This document shows positions 39,503 through 50,691 of a stretch of DNA of 64,000 nt, one piece after another. Position 1 is the stretch's first letter. Each line of letters opens with the position of its first letter. A program made the position numbers and the translations under genes. The notes under the pieces were generated by a model that had not been told where the DNA came from, searched no databases, and worked only from the letters and a program-made list of their open reading frames with translations. Source of the DNA: Candidatus Enterosoma merdigallinarum (GTDB lineage: Bacteria; Bacillota_I; Bacilli_A; RFN20; CAG-288). The stretch lies in assembly GCA_018714385.1 (NCBI GenBank), contig DVNL01000008.1, forward strand, positions 20,730 to 84,729. Direction: 5' to 3'.

Positions 39503-40957
39503 ATGAAATGCATTGCAGTGGATATCGGCGCGACGAGCGGCCGGGTGATGACCGTCACTTATGAAAACGGTATCTTCTCCTATCGGGAAGACAAGAGGTT
39601 CGTCAATCGCATCTATGACGACGGCGGAACCCTCCGATGGGATTTCCCCTTGCTCCTTGATAACATCGTCTCGGGAATCCACGAGGCACTAAGGAAGGAT
39701 CCCGCCATCCGCACTGTCGGGATTGACACGTGGGCCGTCGACTACGGCATGATAGATTCAGAAGGCAAACTCCTCGAGGATCCTGTCTGCTATCGCGACG
39801 CGCACAGCTTTGAAAGCCGAAAGAGACTTCTTGAAAAGATTCCGTTTGCCGAAATCTACAAGATCGCCGGCATCCAGGATCTCCATTTCAATACGATCTA
39901 TCAGCTTTACGGAAGAAAAGAGGAGCCGAACTTCGCCCGGGCCAAAAAGCTTCTCCTCATCCCGGATCTGATCGCCTATTGCTTGGGCGGGGAGATGTGG
40001 ACTGAATATACAAATCTCTCGACGACATCCCTATTCGATCCCGTCCATGACGAGATTTCACCCGTCCTTTGCGATGCGATCGGAGTCGACAGGAATCTCT
40101 TTCCGCCGATAATCCATCCCGGAGAAAGCTATGGGACGCTTTCAAGAAAGATTTTTCCGGAGCTTGAACACGATGTCCGAATCCTTGCCGTCCCTACCCA
40201 CGACACGGCGAGCGCCGTTTTGGGCACGGATGGCTTCGGGGAATTCGCCTACTTGTCAAGCGGGACGTGGTCTCTCATCGGAACGGAACTCGATCATCCT
40301 ATAATTGACGAAAGATCTCTCAAGGCCAATTTCACGAACGAATTGGGATATGGAAAGACAGTCCGCTTCTTGAAAAACACCATGGGCATGTTCATCGCAA
40401 ACGAGATCCGGAAAAACTTCCTGGATTTGGAAGACCCGATCGAAGTCGAAGACATCGTCCCACTTGTCAGCAAGGAAAAGGAAATCGATGTCTATATCGA
40501 TCCGGACGATCCGAGCTTGGAGACGCCGGGAGACATGATACATAAGGTAAATGCCTATCTTGCCAGGACAGGGCAGGAAAAGCTCGAGAGCAAGGGAGCC
40601 TTCCTCAAGGTCATCTACCAGTCCATGGCCCTGAACTATCGCTGCGCCTTGGACAGGCTCACGACGTTGAGGGGGAAGAACTTCGAGTCTCTTCTCATCG
40701 TCGGCGGGGGAAACCAGGCCGTCGTTCTCGACCAGTTCGCGGCAAATGCGACGGGCCTTCCGGTCGAGACGGGCCCGATCGAGGCGACCGTCCTTGGCAA
40801 CGCCCTCTGTCAGATGATCGCTTTGGGCGAGATTCCGGACAAGGAAGAGGGGAGGAAACATATTCGAGACTCCATCTCCGTCAAGACGTATCTGCCCAAG
40901 GAGAGGGCTTTGTGGGAGAGGAAATACGAGACGTTCCGTCGCATCACGGGAAAGTGA
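39503..40957 (+). CDS. rhaB: rhamnulokinase (FGGY family)
   Basis: AVDIGATSGR N-terminal FGGY motif and the GGG...N C-terminal motif. It is adjacent to rhaA and rhaD. Confidence 0.85.
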   Translation: MKCIAVDIGATSGRVMTVTYENGIFSYREDKRFVNRIYDDGGTLRWDFPLLLDNIVSGIHEALRKDPAIRTVGIDTWAVDYGMIDSEGKLLEDPVCYRDAHSFESRKRLLEKIPFAEIYKIAGIQDLHFNTIYQLYGRKEEPNFARAKKLLLIPDLIAYCLGGEMWTEYTNLSTTSLFDPVHDEISPVLCDAIGVDRNLFPPIIHPGESYGTLSRKIFPELEHDVRILAVPTHDTASAVLGTDGFGEFAYLSSGTWSLIGTELDHPIIDERSLKANFTNELGYGKTVRFLKNTMGMFIANEIRKNFLDLEDPIEVEDIVPLVSKEKEIDVYIDPDDPSLETPGDMIHKVNAYLARTGQEKLESKGAFLKVIYQSMALNYRCALDRLTTLRGKNFESLLIVGGGNQAVVLDQFAANATGLPVETGPIEATVLGNALCQMIALGEIPDKEEGRKHIRDSISVKTYLPKERALWERKYETFRRITGK

Positions 40958-40966
40958 GGAAAGAAA

Positions 40967-42226
40967 ATGGAAGAAAAGATTGAAAAAGCGTATCGACTTG
41001 CGAAAGAGGCGTATGCCAAGATTGGCGTCGACACGGACAAGGCCATCGAGAAGCTGGACCAGGTGCCCATCTCGATCCAGTGCTGGCAGGCTGACGACAT
41101 TCAGGGATTCGTCAACAGCAATGCGCTCACGGGCGGAATCCAGGTCACCGGGAACTATCCCGGAAAGGCGAGGAATTTCCAGGAGCTGACGCAGGATCTT
41201 GAAAAGGTCTTTTCGCTCGTCCCCGGAAAGAAGAAGGTCAATCTCCATGCCATCTATGTCACTAGACCCTTGGAAGGGAGGGACATCGACGCCCTCGTAC
41301 CCGAGGACTTTGCTGGGTGGGTGGAATTCGCAAAGAAAAACGGCGTGGGACTGGACTTCAATCCCACCTGCTTCTCCCATCCGATGTTCAAGGACAATTT
41401 CTCCCTTGCCTCCCCGGATGAGGAAGTCCGTTCTTTCTGGGTCCGCCATGCCAAGGCCTGCGTTCGCATCGGCGACTATTTCGGAAAGGCCCTGGGCGAG
41501 AAGTGCGTCACCAACATCTGGATTCCCGACGGCATGAAGGACGATCCCTATTCCCACCTCGAGGCACGCAAGAGACTGACGACTTCCCTCGACGAGATTC
41601 TCGCCACGGACTATGACCACAGCGATGAAATCCTCGCTGTCGAGAGCAAGTTCTTCGGCATCGGGGCCGAGAGCTACACCGTTGGAAGCTCCGAGTTCTA
41701 TCTGGGCTATGCGGCCAAGAACCAGATCGCCCTCTGCCTCGACTCCGGCCATTTCCATCCCAATGAATTCATTTCCGACAAGCTGTCCTCCGCTCTCCTC
41801 TACGTTCCGGAGATTCTTCTCCACATCTCCCGTCCGGTCAACTGGGACAGCGACCATGTCGTCACCGACACCGACGAGCTCAACCACATCATGGAAGGTC
41901 TCGTCCGGGATGGCCTTTTGGACAGGACCCATATCGGCCTGGACTTCTTCGATGCCACGATCAACCGCATCGCGGCCTACGTCATCGGCATCCGTTCCAC
42001 CCAGAAGGCCCTGCTCAAGGCTTTCCTCGAGCCGACCGAATATCTGCTCGGAAAGGAAAAGGCTTTGGACTATACCGAAAGGCTTGCCCTGGTCGAGGAG
42101 CTGAAGTCCTATCCGTGGGGCGATGTCTATGCCTATTATCTTGCCAAGAACGGCATTCCCAATCACGATTGGCTCGATGCCGTCAAGGCTTACGAGAAGG
42201 AAGTCCTGGAAAAGAGAGGAAACTGA
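40967..42226 (+). CDS. rhaA: L-rhamnose isomerase
   Basis: 419 aa with typical RhaA length, motifs and operon context. Confidence 0.85.
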   Translation: MEEKIEKAYRLAKEAYAKIGVDTDKAIEKLDQVPISIQCWQADDIQGFVNSNALTGGIQVTGNYPGKARNFQELTQDLEKVFSLVPGKKKVNLHAIYVTRPLEGRDIDALVPEDFAGWVEFAKKNGVGLDFNPTCFSHPMFKDNFSLASPDEEVRSFWVRHAKACVRIGDYFGKALGEKCVTNIWIPDGMKDDPYSHLEARKRLTTSLDEILATDYDHSDEILAVESKFFGIGAESYTVGSSEFYLGYAAKNQIALCLDSGHFHPNEFISDKLSSALLYVPEILLHISRPVNWDSDHVVTDTDELNHIMEGLVRDGLLDRTHIGLDFFDATINRIAAYVIGIRSTQKALLKAFLEPTEYLLGKEKALDYTERLALVEELKSYPWGDVYAYYLAKNGIPNHDWLDAVKAYEKEVLEKRGN

Positions 42227-42228
42227 GT

Positions 42229-43032
42229 ATGAACAAGAGAATCGTCGAACTGCCGACCGTCCGCGAGGTCATCCGTTGCGCGAGCAACATGTATCGTCTC
42301 GGCTGGGACGAGAGAAACGGCGGCAACATCTCCGTCATCATCGATCCGGAGGAATATCGCGGCTATCTTCCCGAGAAGCCCGTCCGTACCTTCGAACTCG
42401 GTTTCGATGCGACGCCCCTCATCGGGCGCGTCTTCGTCGTGACCGGGACGGGAAAGTATTTCAAGAACGTCGACTATGCCCCGGAAGTCAACCTCGGCAT
42501 CGTCCGCATCGGCAAGGATGGAAGGATCGCCGAGCTCCTTTGGGGCTTTGAGGACGGCGGAAGGCCCACAAGCGAATTCCCGACCCACCTGATGAACCAC
42601 ATCGCCCGCCTTTCCGTCAATCCCAAGAACCATGTCGTCATGCACTGCCATGCCACCCATGCCCTGGCGCTGACCTACGTCCTTCCCGAGGACGAGGACG
42701 AGATCACCAAGACCCTTTGGCGCATGTCCACCGAATGCATCGTCGTCTTCCCTGAAGGCGTCGGGCACCTCCCCTGGATGGTCTGCGGCGGAAACGAGAT
42801 CGGCGAGGCGACAGCCAGGAAGGCCCTCCACTATCGCGTCGTCTTCTGGGGGATGCACGGCATCTTCGCCATGGGCGACGACCTCGACGAAGCCTTCGGC
42901 CTTGTCGAGACGGTCGAGAAGGCGAGCCAGATCTACTTCCTCACCCAGGACCACGTGCGCCAATCCATCACGGACGAGCAGCTCAGAAAGCTCGCCGAGG
43001 CCTTCAAGGTCGACTACAAGAAAATCATCTAG
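42229..43032 (+). CDS. rhaD: rhamnulose-1-phosphate aldolase (class II aldolase)
   Basis: Class II aldolase/adducin fold with metal-binding His residues (HCHATH...H). Confidence 0.8.
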   Translation: MNKRIVELPTVREVIRCASNMYRLGWDERNGGNISVIIDPEEYRGYLPEKPVRTFELGFDATPLIGRVFVVTGTGKYFKNVDYAPEVNLGIVRIGKDGRIAELLWGFEDGGRPTSEFPTHLMNHIARLSVNPKNHVVMHCHATHALALTYVLPEDEDEITKTLWRMSTECIVVFPEGVGHLPWMVCGGNEIGEATARKALHYRVVFWGMHGIFAMGDDLDEAFGLVETVEKASQIYFLTQDHVRQSITDEQLRKLAEAFKVDYKKII

Positions 43033-43506
43033 TTCTGCTTTGAATAAGCCGTCTTTCTTCGCCGTCTAGGGAAACCTCCTTCCCGGGCGGCTTTTTCTTT
43101 TGTCTGTAAAGCACTTCCAAAGCTACTTCTTTGGCCGTTGCAGGAAGGAATCGGATTGGGAAGCGTATGTCAAAGGAGCGACTTCTGGACCAAAGAGGCG
43201 ACGAAAAAGACAGAATAGGAGCGATAAAGCGATTTCAAAACAAATGATTGGCATTCAAAGATTGTGACACGGATAGAAAAACGCTGATTGAAAATGAGCG
43301 AAACTGCTCATCAAGGCCAAATTATATGACGCTTAACCGATTTTGCTCTCAACTTGAAAGGAAATAAGCGTTATTTGTATCTCTTGTGCTAAAGTAGCAT
43401 TGCCTTGAAAGCGCTTGTAAACTGCTAGCGCCATTCTCTGACAAGGAGAGGGTGGAATACCAAGCGATTCCGGGCGGAAAAATCAAACCCAACAAGGAGG
43501 GGAAAC

Positions 43507-46500
43507 ATGATTTTTAACAAAAAGCACGTCCCTGTCTTCCGTGGTTTGGCGGCGACGACTTTCTCACTTGCCGTCCTCGCTACCATGGGCTATGGCATCG
43601 CGGACACGTGGAGAAGCACGGTCGATGCGGCCTTGGGGACCACATCCTATGAAATCAGTGCCAACTCCGAACCCCGCTACAAGTCTGACTACACCAAAGC
43701 AGACGATCTGATGAATGAGCTGAAGGAGATTTCCGTTCAGGAAGGTATCGACGGCACGGCGATTCTTAAGAACGACAAAAACGCTCTGCCTCTTGCCTCC
43801 AAGGCCAAGATCAATCTCTGGGGCAGTGGTTCCTACAATCTTTATCGCGGCATGAACCAGGCTAAAAACAGCGATGCGGTCGATCTCGTCGGCGCTCTCA
43901 AGACAGCCGGATTCACTCTCGATCCCACTCTGGAAGCCATTTATACCGAAATCAATGAGGAACAGGTTGTCGAGTCCTCCGGATGGGGCGGACCGAGAAT
44001 TGATCCGAAGTATCCAAACCAGAGTGCTCCGGCCTATGATGTCTATTCGATCCGTGAAGTCAATCCTTCCAAGTTCACTCAGGAAGGCTTTGGAACGGCA
44101 GCTTCCGGCTGGGCCTCTTCCTTGACCGGCGATGTCAACATCGTCACCTTCACTCGTCCGGGCGGCGAGGGCAACACCTACAAGCCTGGTGCGACCACGG
44201 ATTCCGACGGCAACCCCCTCGATCAGAATCCTCTCGCCTTCTCTCCCGATGAATTGGCGGTCATCGATGCCGCAAAGGCCACAGGCAAGCCTGTCATCGT
44301 CCTTCTGAACACCTCTTGCCAGTTCGAGCTTGGCCCGATCGTCAAGGGCGGCGAGCACGAAGTCGATGCCATCGCCTATATCGGCCTTCCCAACGACTAT
44401 CAGTGCACGGGTATCGTCAAGGTCCTCGCCGGCGAAGAGAACGCCACGGGCGCCCTTGCGGACACCTATGCCACCTATTCCACAAGCTCCCCTTCCATGA
44501 TGAACTTCGGCGGCGATATGTATTCCGACTATGAGACGGTCGCCACGACGGCCGGCCAGGATCCTCGTTGGAACATCGACATCGCAAATGAAGGCGCCGG
44601 ATCTTTCGGCGGCAGCGTCACCTACAACGGCGGCATGTACTATGTCGAGGCCGAGGGCATCTACACGGGATACAACTATTACGAAACCCGCTATTACGAT
44701 TCCATCGCCAACCCCGGCTACAACGCCGCTTCCGATGCCGGTCTCTATGCCAGCACGGGAACGTGGAACTACGACGATGAAGTCTGCTACACCTTCGGCT
44801 ACGGCCAGAGCTATCTGGACTACACCGAGGAACTTCGCAGCATCGATGTCCAGCTCGATCCCGCCGGCTACATCACGGCCGTCGTCCGCGTCACCAATAC
44901 CAGCGACAAGGCCGGCCGGTTCCGCACGGAACTCTATGTCAACGCCCCCTATACTGAATATGACAGGGAAAACCTTGTTGAGAAGAGCGCCATCCAGTTC
45001 CTGAATTCCGCCAAGACCAAGGTCATTCAGCCTGGCGCCTTCGAGGATGTCACCATCCGCGTGCCCAGCAAGTACCTCGCCTCCTATGATGCCAACGGCT
45101 ATGGCACCTATATCCTCGATGGCGGCGAATATGTCTTCGCTCTCGGAAACGGCGCCCACGAGGCCGTCAACAACGTCCTTGCCCATCAGGGACACGATGT
45201 CGAAGGCGAAGAGAGCGAAGTCAAGACCTGGAGCGGAATCCGTTCCGGAACCGTCGACTACACTACCTTCAGCCGTACCGCTTCCGGCGGACAGGTCACC
45301 AACAAGCTCGAGAAGACCGATATCAACTACTATCTCTCCGACGAGGACCAGATCACCTACCTCTCCAGACAGGATTGGAAGGGAACCTATCCCGTCGATT
45401 TCAACAAGATCAACGACGGCAAGGGATTCACGCTCGCTGACTCGCCGAAGAAGGACGAGTGGATCAAGGAGCTCCGCAACGAGCAGTACACCGTCAAGAC
45501 CGACGAGCCCGTCGAGAACATGGACGGCGTCGACAATGGCTGGACCTGGGAGAACATGCCCGGCGATGCCATCAACGACATCAACCATCCGTTCTGGGAT
45601 GAATATGTTGAGCAGATTCCTGCCGAGGAAGCTCTCGGTGCCATCGCCCACGGCGGAAGCCAGGCCGACGAGCTGACCGGTGCCGAAAACCCGATCGTCA
45701 AGCAGTACGACGGCCCTGCTGGCTTCAACAACCAGACCCTCTCCACCAACAACGGCGATCCCGAGACCGATCCTTACTATGTCGATCCCGAGAGCGAGGC
45801 CGGAAAGTTCAAGGACAACATCCACTCCCAGACTCTCTCCGGTTCCTCCTTCAACCCTGCCCTTGCCTATCGCTGGGGAAGAGCCCTCGGCAACTTCGGC
45901 CTCTGGGCCAGCGTCTACAACGTCTGGGCTGCCGGTCTCAACGTCCACAGAAACCCCTACAATGGCCGTAACATCGAATATCTCTCCGAAGACGCCATGC
46001 TGACCAACATCTGGGGTAGCGAATTCATCCGCGCCACCCGCGAGATGGGAATCCTCGTCGGCCCCAAGCACCTTGGTTTCAACGACCAGGAGTACAATAG
46101 AGCCGGCGTCAGCGCTTACATGACCGAGCAGAAGGCCCGTCAGACCGACCTCAGAGCCTTTGAGGGATCCATAGCGGAAGGCGGTGCCCTCGGCTATATG
46201 TGCGCCTTCAACAGAATGGGTGCCACCAACGTCTCCCACTATGCCGAACTCCATCGTGACCTCATCCGCGGCGAGTGGGGCTTCAAGGGCCTGATCACCA
46301 CCGACATGATGAACAACGCCTACTACTTCAACCCCGAATCCTGCGCCATGGCCACCATCACCATGATGGCCGACTTCGCCGGAAACAACTCTCACCTCAA
46401 CATGGGAGCCGATGGCAAGGATGCCACCTGGACCTATCTCTCTCCCGAAGCCATCGAGAACGACCAGACTCTCGTCGATGCCTCCAGAGACGCCATGAAG

Positions 46501-46674
46501 TATCAGCTCTATGCCTTCGCCAACACCGCCATCAAGAACATCTCCACCGTCCGTGTCACGCCGTTCTGGGAGACGGCCCTCATCGCCCTCATCGCCGTCA
46601 CCTTCACGCTTGCTGCCGCTTCCACCGTCGCCCTTGCTCTCAGCTATGTTCTGGATAAAAAGGAGCAAAACTAA
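43507..46674 (+). CDS. membrane-anchored glycoside hydrolase family 3-like protein (paralogue of 7492-10518)
   Basis: 1055 aa with an N-terminal signal anchor. KHLGFNDQEYNR and GLITTDMM motifs lie in the C-terminal third. The C-terminal hydrophobic anchor LIALIAVTFTLAAASTVALAL is present. Confidence 0.8.
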   Translation: MIFNKKHVPVFRGLAATTFSLAVLATMGYGIADTWRSTVDAALGTTSYEISANSEPRYKSDYTKADDLMNELKEISVQEGIDGTAILKNDKNALPLASKAKINLWGSGSYNLYRGMNQAKNSDAVDLVGALKTAGFTLDPTLEAIYTEINEEQVVESSGWGGPRIDPKYPNQSAPAYDVYSIREVNPSKFTQEGFGTAASGWASSLTGDVNIVTFTRPGGEGNTYKPGATTDSDGNPLDQNPLAFSPDELAVIDAAKATGKPVIVLLNTSCQFELGPIVKGGEHEVDAIAYIGLPNDYQCTGIVKVLAGEENATGALADTYATYSTSSPSMMNFGGDMYSDYETVATTAGQDPRWNIDIANEGAGSFGGSVTYNGGMYYVEAEGIYTGYNYYETRYYDSIANPGYNAASDAGLYASTGTWNYDDEVCYTFGYGQSYLDYTEELRSIDVQLDPAGYITAVVRVTNTSDKAGRFRTELYVNAPYTEYDRENLVEKSAIQFLNSAKTKVIQPGAFEDVTIRVPSKYLASYDANGYGTYILDGGEYVFALGNGAHEAVNNVLAHQGHDVEGEESEVKTWSGIRSGTVDYTTFSRTASGGQVTNKLEKTDINYYLSDEDQITYLSRQDWKGTYPVDFNKINDGKGFTLADSPKKDEWIKELRNEQYTVKTDEPVENMDGVDNGWTWENMPGDAINDINHPFWDEYVEQIPAEEALGAIAHGGSQADELTGAENPIVKQYDGPAGFNNQTLSTNNGDPETDPYYVDPESEAGKFKDNIHSQTLSGSSFNPALAYRWGRALGNFGLWASVYNVWAAGLNVHRNPYNGRNIEYLSEDAMLTNIWGSEFIRATREMGILVGPKHLGFNDQEYNRAGVSAYMTEQKARQTDLRAFEGSIAEGGALGYMCAFNRMGATNVSHYAELHRDLIRGEWGFKGLITTDMMNNAYYFNPESCAMATITMMADFAGNNSHLNMGADGKDATWTYLSPEAIENDQTLVDASRDAMKYQLYAFANTAIKNISTVRVTPFWETALIALIAVTFTLAAASTVALALSYVLDKKEQN

Positions 46675-47184
46675 ATGAAGCTCGATATCAAGAAAATCCT
46701 GACCCCTGGAGGAATCCTTCTTGCCGCAACCGTCATCCTCGGCATCGTCTCCCTCATCATCTACGGCGTCAACGTCTCTAGCGTCGGCTATTTCCAAGGC
46801 CTCGGCAGCGGCGCTGTCGTCGCCACGGGCATCCTGGCCGTCCTCTTCGGCGTCGTCGCCATCGCTTCCTCCCTCTTCCACTTTGACGGCATCGTCGGCA
46901 AGATCGTCGACGGCCTCAGAAGCGTCCTGAGCATCCTCGTCCCCGTCCTTCTCATGGTCTGCCTCCTCTCCTTCATCTCCATCCGCGCCGAAGGCCTTGC
47001 CTTCATCTACGGCTCGGATGCCAATGCCCTCGAGGAAGTCCAGTCGCCGGAAAACATGGCCAGCGCCAGCACCGCCATCACCGGCTTCATCTTCTTCGGC
47101 ATCTCCGCCATCTTTGGCATCGTCGCCTCCTTCTTCAACATCCCTAAGAAGGAAAGGGAAGCCGTCAGCGAACAGCAGGCCTAA
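46675..47184 (+). CDS. small polytopic membrane protein (paralogue of 10520-10954)
   Basis: The ATG directly abuts the GH3 stop. Four hydrophobic segments. Confidence 0.6.
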   Translation: MKLDIKKILTPGGILLAATVILGIVSLIIYGVNVSSVGYFQGLGSGAVVATGILAVLFGVVAIASSLFHFDGIVGKIVDGLRSVLSILVPVLLMVCLLSFISIRAEGLAFIYGSDANALEEVQSPENMASASTAITGFIFFGISAIFGIVASFFNIPKKEREAVSEQQA

Positions 47185-47256
47185 GTCGATTCGACATAAC
47201 CTCTACGGCTGGTGAAATTTAACTTCGCCAGCCGTTTTATTGAAAAGGAGAATGAT

Positions 47257-49803
47257 ATGGTCCAGATCGATTCCTTCCGCGTCGAGGACAGGGAAAAAGG
47301 CCTTGTCACGGACAAGAGACATCCCCGCTTCTCTTTCGCCTTCTCTTCCGACAGGGAGAACGTCTTCCTGAGGAAGGCCGAAATCCGACTCGCCGGCGAG
47401 TCATTTGATGCGACGTCCCAGGTCTTCGTCCCCTATCCGGGCAAGGCCTTGAAGGCGCATACCGACTATGTCGCCTCCCTCTTTATCGAGACGGAAGACG
47501 GCGACAAAGCCGAGAAAGAAGTCCTTTTCCGGACCGGGAAGCTCGACTTGCCTTGGAAGGGAAGATGGATCACCGACGGGGAATATGTCTTCAAGGAGAA
47601 AGCCATTTCCCCGAAAGTCATGACATTCTGCAAGATCTTCCGCGCGGGAAAGACGGCCCGGAAGGCCGAGATCTTCTCCACGGCCCTTGGCATCTATGAC
47701 CTTCTCCTCAACGGAAAGAGGGTCTTCGACCGGTACCTCGCGCCAGGATACACCTCCTATCCCAGCCATCTCCAGTACCAGGTCAGCGACATCACCGCTC
47801 TCCTCAAGGAGGAGAACGAACTTCTCGTCCCCGTCAGCGGCGGATGGGCGGTCGGAAGCTTCGTCATGTCCAGGAAGAACCGCATCTATGCCAAGAGGCA
47901 GGCCCTTCTTCTTGAGATCCGCATCGAATACGAAGACGGAAGCCTCGAGACGATCGTCTCCGACGAAAGCTTCGACGTCACGATGGATGGCCCCTACAGG
48001 AAGGCCGACATCTATGACGGCGAGGATTATGATGCCCGGAAGGACTACTCGAAGGTCGCCTTCCACAAGGCCTCTTTCGAGACGGTGAAGCTCCATCCGT
48101 CCATAGAGGCCGAATACGGCCTCCCAGTCGTCGGGCACGAAAGGCTCGATCCGGTCTCCGTCAAGGCGATGGAAGACGGCGCCTTGGTCTATGATTTCGG
48201 CCAGAACTTCGCCGGCATCGTCCACCTTCACATCCTAAACGCCAAAGAGGGACAGGAGATCGACGTCCGCCATGCCGAGATTCTCCGCGAGGACGGCCAT
48301 ATCAATGTCGCCCTATTGAGGAGTGCCAAGCAGCAGATCCGCTATTTCTGCAAGGCGGGAGAGCAGGACTACCACCCCACCTTGACCTACATGGGATTCC
48401 GCTATGTCGAGATAAGAGGCATCGCCAAGGAAGATGTCGATGTCTATGCCAGAGCCCTCTACTCGGACATGCCCTTGACGGGAAGCTTCTCTTGCTCCGA
48501 CGAGAGGATAAACAGGCTTCACGAGAACATCGTCTGGTCGAGCCGCTCCAACTTCGTGGACATCCCGACAGACTGCCCGCAGAGAGACGAAAGGATGGGA
48601 TGGACGGGCGACATCGCTCTCTTCAGTCCCGTCGCCACCTATCTCTTCCAGATGAACGGCCTTTTGGAGAAGTGGCTTCTTGACCTCAAGAGCGAACAGA
48701 GGAAGACCGGCGCCATCCCGACGACGGTCCCGCACAAGGGCTACGGCTTCCCGGAGACCTTCCCCACGGTCGCTTGCGACTTCTGGGGCGATGCCGCCCT
48801 CCTTGTCCCTCTTGCCATGTACAACAGCTACGGGAACAGGAAGATCGTCGAAGACCTCTATCCTACGATGAAGGGGTATGTCGATGCCTGCCTCTTCTGG
48901 GCACGTCTTTTCTCCTTCGGGAAGAAACGCTATATCTGGAAGAGTTTGGATTTCATCCACTTCGGAGACTGGGTCGCCCCAGGGCAGAGCATGGCGGAAT
49001 GCCAGTCCCGCCATCCTTGGACGGCGACAGCTTCCCTTTTCAATACATCGCGCTTGCTTTCTCGGTTTGCCACCTTGCTTGGAAAGAAAGAGGATGCCAA
49101 AAAGTATGACGCCATTTCAAAGAAGGTTGCCGATGCCTATCAGTCTGTCTTCTTCGACGACAACGGACGGCTTAGGAAGAAGGAATTCCAGACGGGCTAC
49201 GTCCTTCCTCTCTATTTCGGCATGCTCACGCCGGATATGCGGAAGAAGGCTTCTGACAGGCTTGCAAAGCTCGTAAAGGAAAACGGCTATCGCATCGCCA
49301 CCGGCTTCCCGGGGACGCCCTACATCCTCTTTGCCCTGTGCGACAACGGACACAAGGAGGAGGCCATCAAGATGCTCCTCAACGAGAAGAACCCGTCCTG
49401 GCTCCATGAGGTCGTCACCGGCGGGACCACCATCTGGGAACGCTTCGACGGCCTGGACGACGGTGGGAAGCTCAACGTCCCGGAGGACGGGACGGGAGGC
49501 ATGATCTCCTTCAATCACTATGCTTCCGGCGCCGTCGGGGACTTCTTCTATCGCAGGCTTCTCGGCATCGAGCCGAAGGAGCCTGGCTACAAGGCCTTCA
49601 CGGTCGAGCCTGTCTTCTTCGACGAGATTCCCTCCTGCAAAGGAAGCGTCCTGACGCCCTATGGCCGCATCGCCGTCAGCTACGACCGCAAGGAAGGCCA
49701 TATCGAAGTTCTCGTCCCGGCCAACACGCGTTGCACCCTCCTTCTGGATGGGGAAAGAAAAGAACTGACAAGCGGAAGACATCGCTTCGAGCTGACGCGC
49801 TAG
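47257..49803 (+). CDS. alpha-L-rhamnosidase (GH78)
   Basis: Bac_rhamnosid N-terminal domains, then a six-hairpin catalytic domain (DIPTDCPQRDERMGWTGD). Confidence 0.85.
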   Translation: MVQIDSFRVEDREKGLVTDKRHPRFSFAFSSDRENVFLRKAEIRLAGESFDATSQVFVPYPGKALKAHTDYVASLFIETEDGDKAEKEVLFRTGKLDLPWKGRWITDGEYVFKEKAISPKVMTFCKIFRAGKTARKAEIFSTALGIYDLLLNGKRVFDRYLAPGYTSYPSHLQYQVSDITALLKEENELLVPVSGGWAVGSFVMSRKNRIYAKRQALLLEIRIEYEDGSLETIVSDESFDVTMDGPYRKADIYDGEDYDARKDYSKVAFHKASFETVKLHPSIEAEYGLPVVGHERLDPVSVKAMEDGALVYDFGQNFAGIVHLHILNAKEGQEIDVRHAEILREDGHINVALLRSAKQQIRYFCKAGEQDYHPTLTYMGFRYVEIRGIAKEDVDVYARALYSDMPLTGSFSCSDERINRLHENIVWSSRSNFVDIPTDCPQRDERMGWTGDIALFSPVATYLFQMNGLLEKWLLDLKSEQRKTGAIPTTVPHKGYGFPETFPTVACDFWGDAALLVPLAMYNSYGNRKIVEDLYPTMKGYVDACLFWARLFSFGKKRYIWKSLDFIHFGDWVAPGQSMAECQSRHPWTATASLFNTSRLLSRFATLLGKKEDAKKYDAISKKVADAYQSVFFDDNGRLRKKEFQTGYVLPLYFGMLTPDMRKKASDRLAKLVKENGYRIATGFPGTPYILFALCDNGHKEEAIKMLLNEKNPSWLHEVVTGGTTIWERFDGLDDGGKLNVPEDGTGGMISFNHYASGAVGDFFYRRLLGIEPKEPGYKAFTVEPVFFDEIPSCKGSVLTPYGRIAVSYDRKEGHIEVLVPANTRCTLLLDGERKELTSGRHRFELTR

Positions 49804-49812
49804 ATATCTCTG

Positions 49813-49850
49813 GCCATCCCGCCCCTTTCCTCGGGATGGCTTTTTCTTTT
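49813..49850 (+). terminator. rho-independent terminator
   Basis: GCCATCCCG...CGGGATGGC followed by TTTTT. Confidence 0.7.
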
Positions 49851-49880
49851 GCCACCTGAAGATCCCGTCTTCTTCGGCCG

Positions 49881-49918
49881 AAAAAAAAGCGGCCTATTTT
49901 TCAGGCCGCGGTTTTTTC
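49881..49918. terminator. bidirectional terminator
   Basis: A8-GCGGCCT-atttttc-AGGCCGC-GGTTTTTT. Confidence 0.65.
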
Positions 49919-49929
49919 TTTCTTTCCGT

Positions 49930-50691
49930 TTATTTGTTGATCATCCGGAATCCTTTGGCGAGATAGGGTTCGATCGTCTGGTCGTTGGCGTTTGTGAAGA
50001 TGGCGTCATAGTTGTCCAAAGTCTCCACACGGTAGACGAAGGAGGAATCGAACTTGTTCCTGTCGATGAGGAGATAGCGCCTGTCCGCCCTCTTGAAGGC
50101 GCTGCGCTTTATCTGCATGCACTCCATCGTCGTCTCGTAGGATCCGTCAAGACGGACGCCGGCGCAGGAGGAGAAGAAGACGTCGACGTGGAACTTCTCC
50201 ATCATCTCGGTGGTAAGGCTGCCGTCGGTCGAGTAGGAATTGTACTGGATGTTTCCGCCCAGGAAGATGACGTTGACGCCGCTCTTGTTGGACAGCTTGA
50301 CGGCGATCTGGAGACCGTTTGTGATGACCGTCTTGTAGGCGAAGTCCATCCTCTCTGCCAAGGCGAGGCAGGTGGAGGAATTGTCGATGAAGGCGGAGTT
50401 GAACTCCGGTATCTTGTCCATGGCGATGGAGACGGTCTTCTCCTTGTCGTTGGCGTTCTTCTCGATACGGACGAAGATGTTCACTTCGTTGGAGGCGTCC
50501 AGGAAGACCGCGCCGCCGTGCGTCCTCTGGATGAGGCCGAGCTTGCTCATCTCGGCGAGGTCTCTTCTGACGGTTGCCGGGGAAACGTAAAGAACTTTTC
50601 CAAGCTCGTCCACCGTCGCCCGATTGTGCTCCTTGAGGTAGTCGGCGATCAGCTTGAAGCGCTCCGAAGAGAACATATTCTTGCTTTCCAT
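49930..50691 (-). CDS. DeoR-family transcriptional regulator
   Basis: N-terminal HTH_DeoR (ELGKVLYVSPATVRRDL) and a C-terminal DeoR sugar-binding domain. Confidence 0.85.
   Translation of the reverse strand: MESKNMFSSERFKLIADYLKEHNRATVDELGKVLYVSPATVRRDLAEMSKLGLIQRTHGGAVFLDASNEVNIFVRIEKNANDKEKTVSIAMDKIPEFNSAFIDNSSTCLALAERMDFAYKTVITNGLQIAVKLSNKSGVNVIFLGGNIQYNSYSTDGSLTTEMMEKFHVDVFFSSCAGVRLDGSYETTMECMQIKRSAFKRADRRYLLIDRNKFDSSFVYRVETLDNYDAIFTNANDQTIEPYLAKGFRMINK

Noticed and set aside
40256-42166. 636-aa minus-strand ORF
   Set aside because: It is antisense to rhaB and rhaA.
43564-46881. 1105-aa minus-strand ORF
   Set aside because: It is antisense to the second GH3-like gene. Same low-complexity composition and no RBS.
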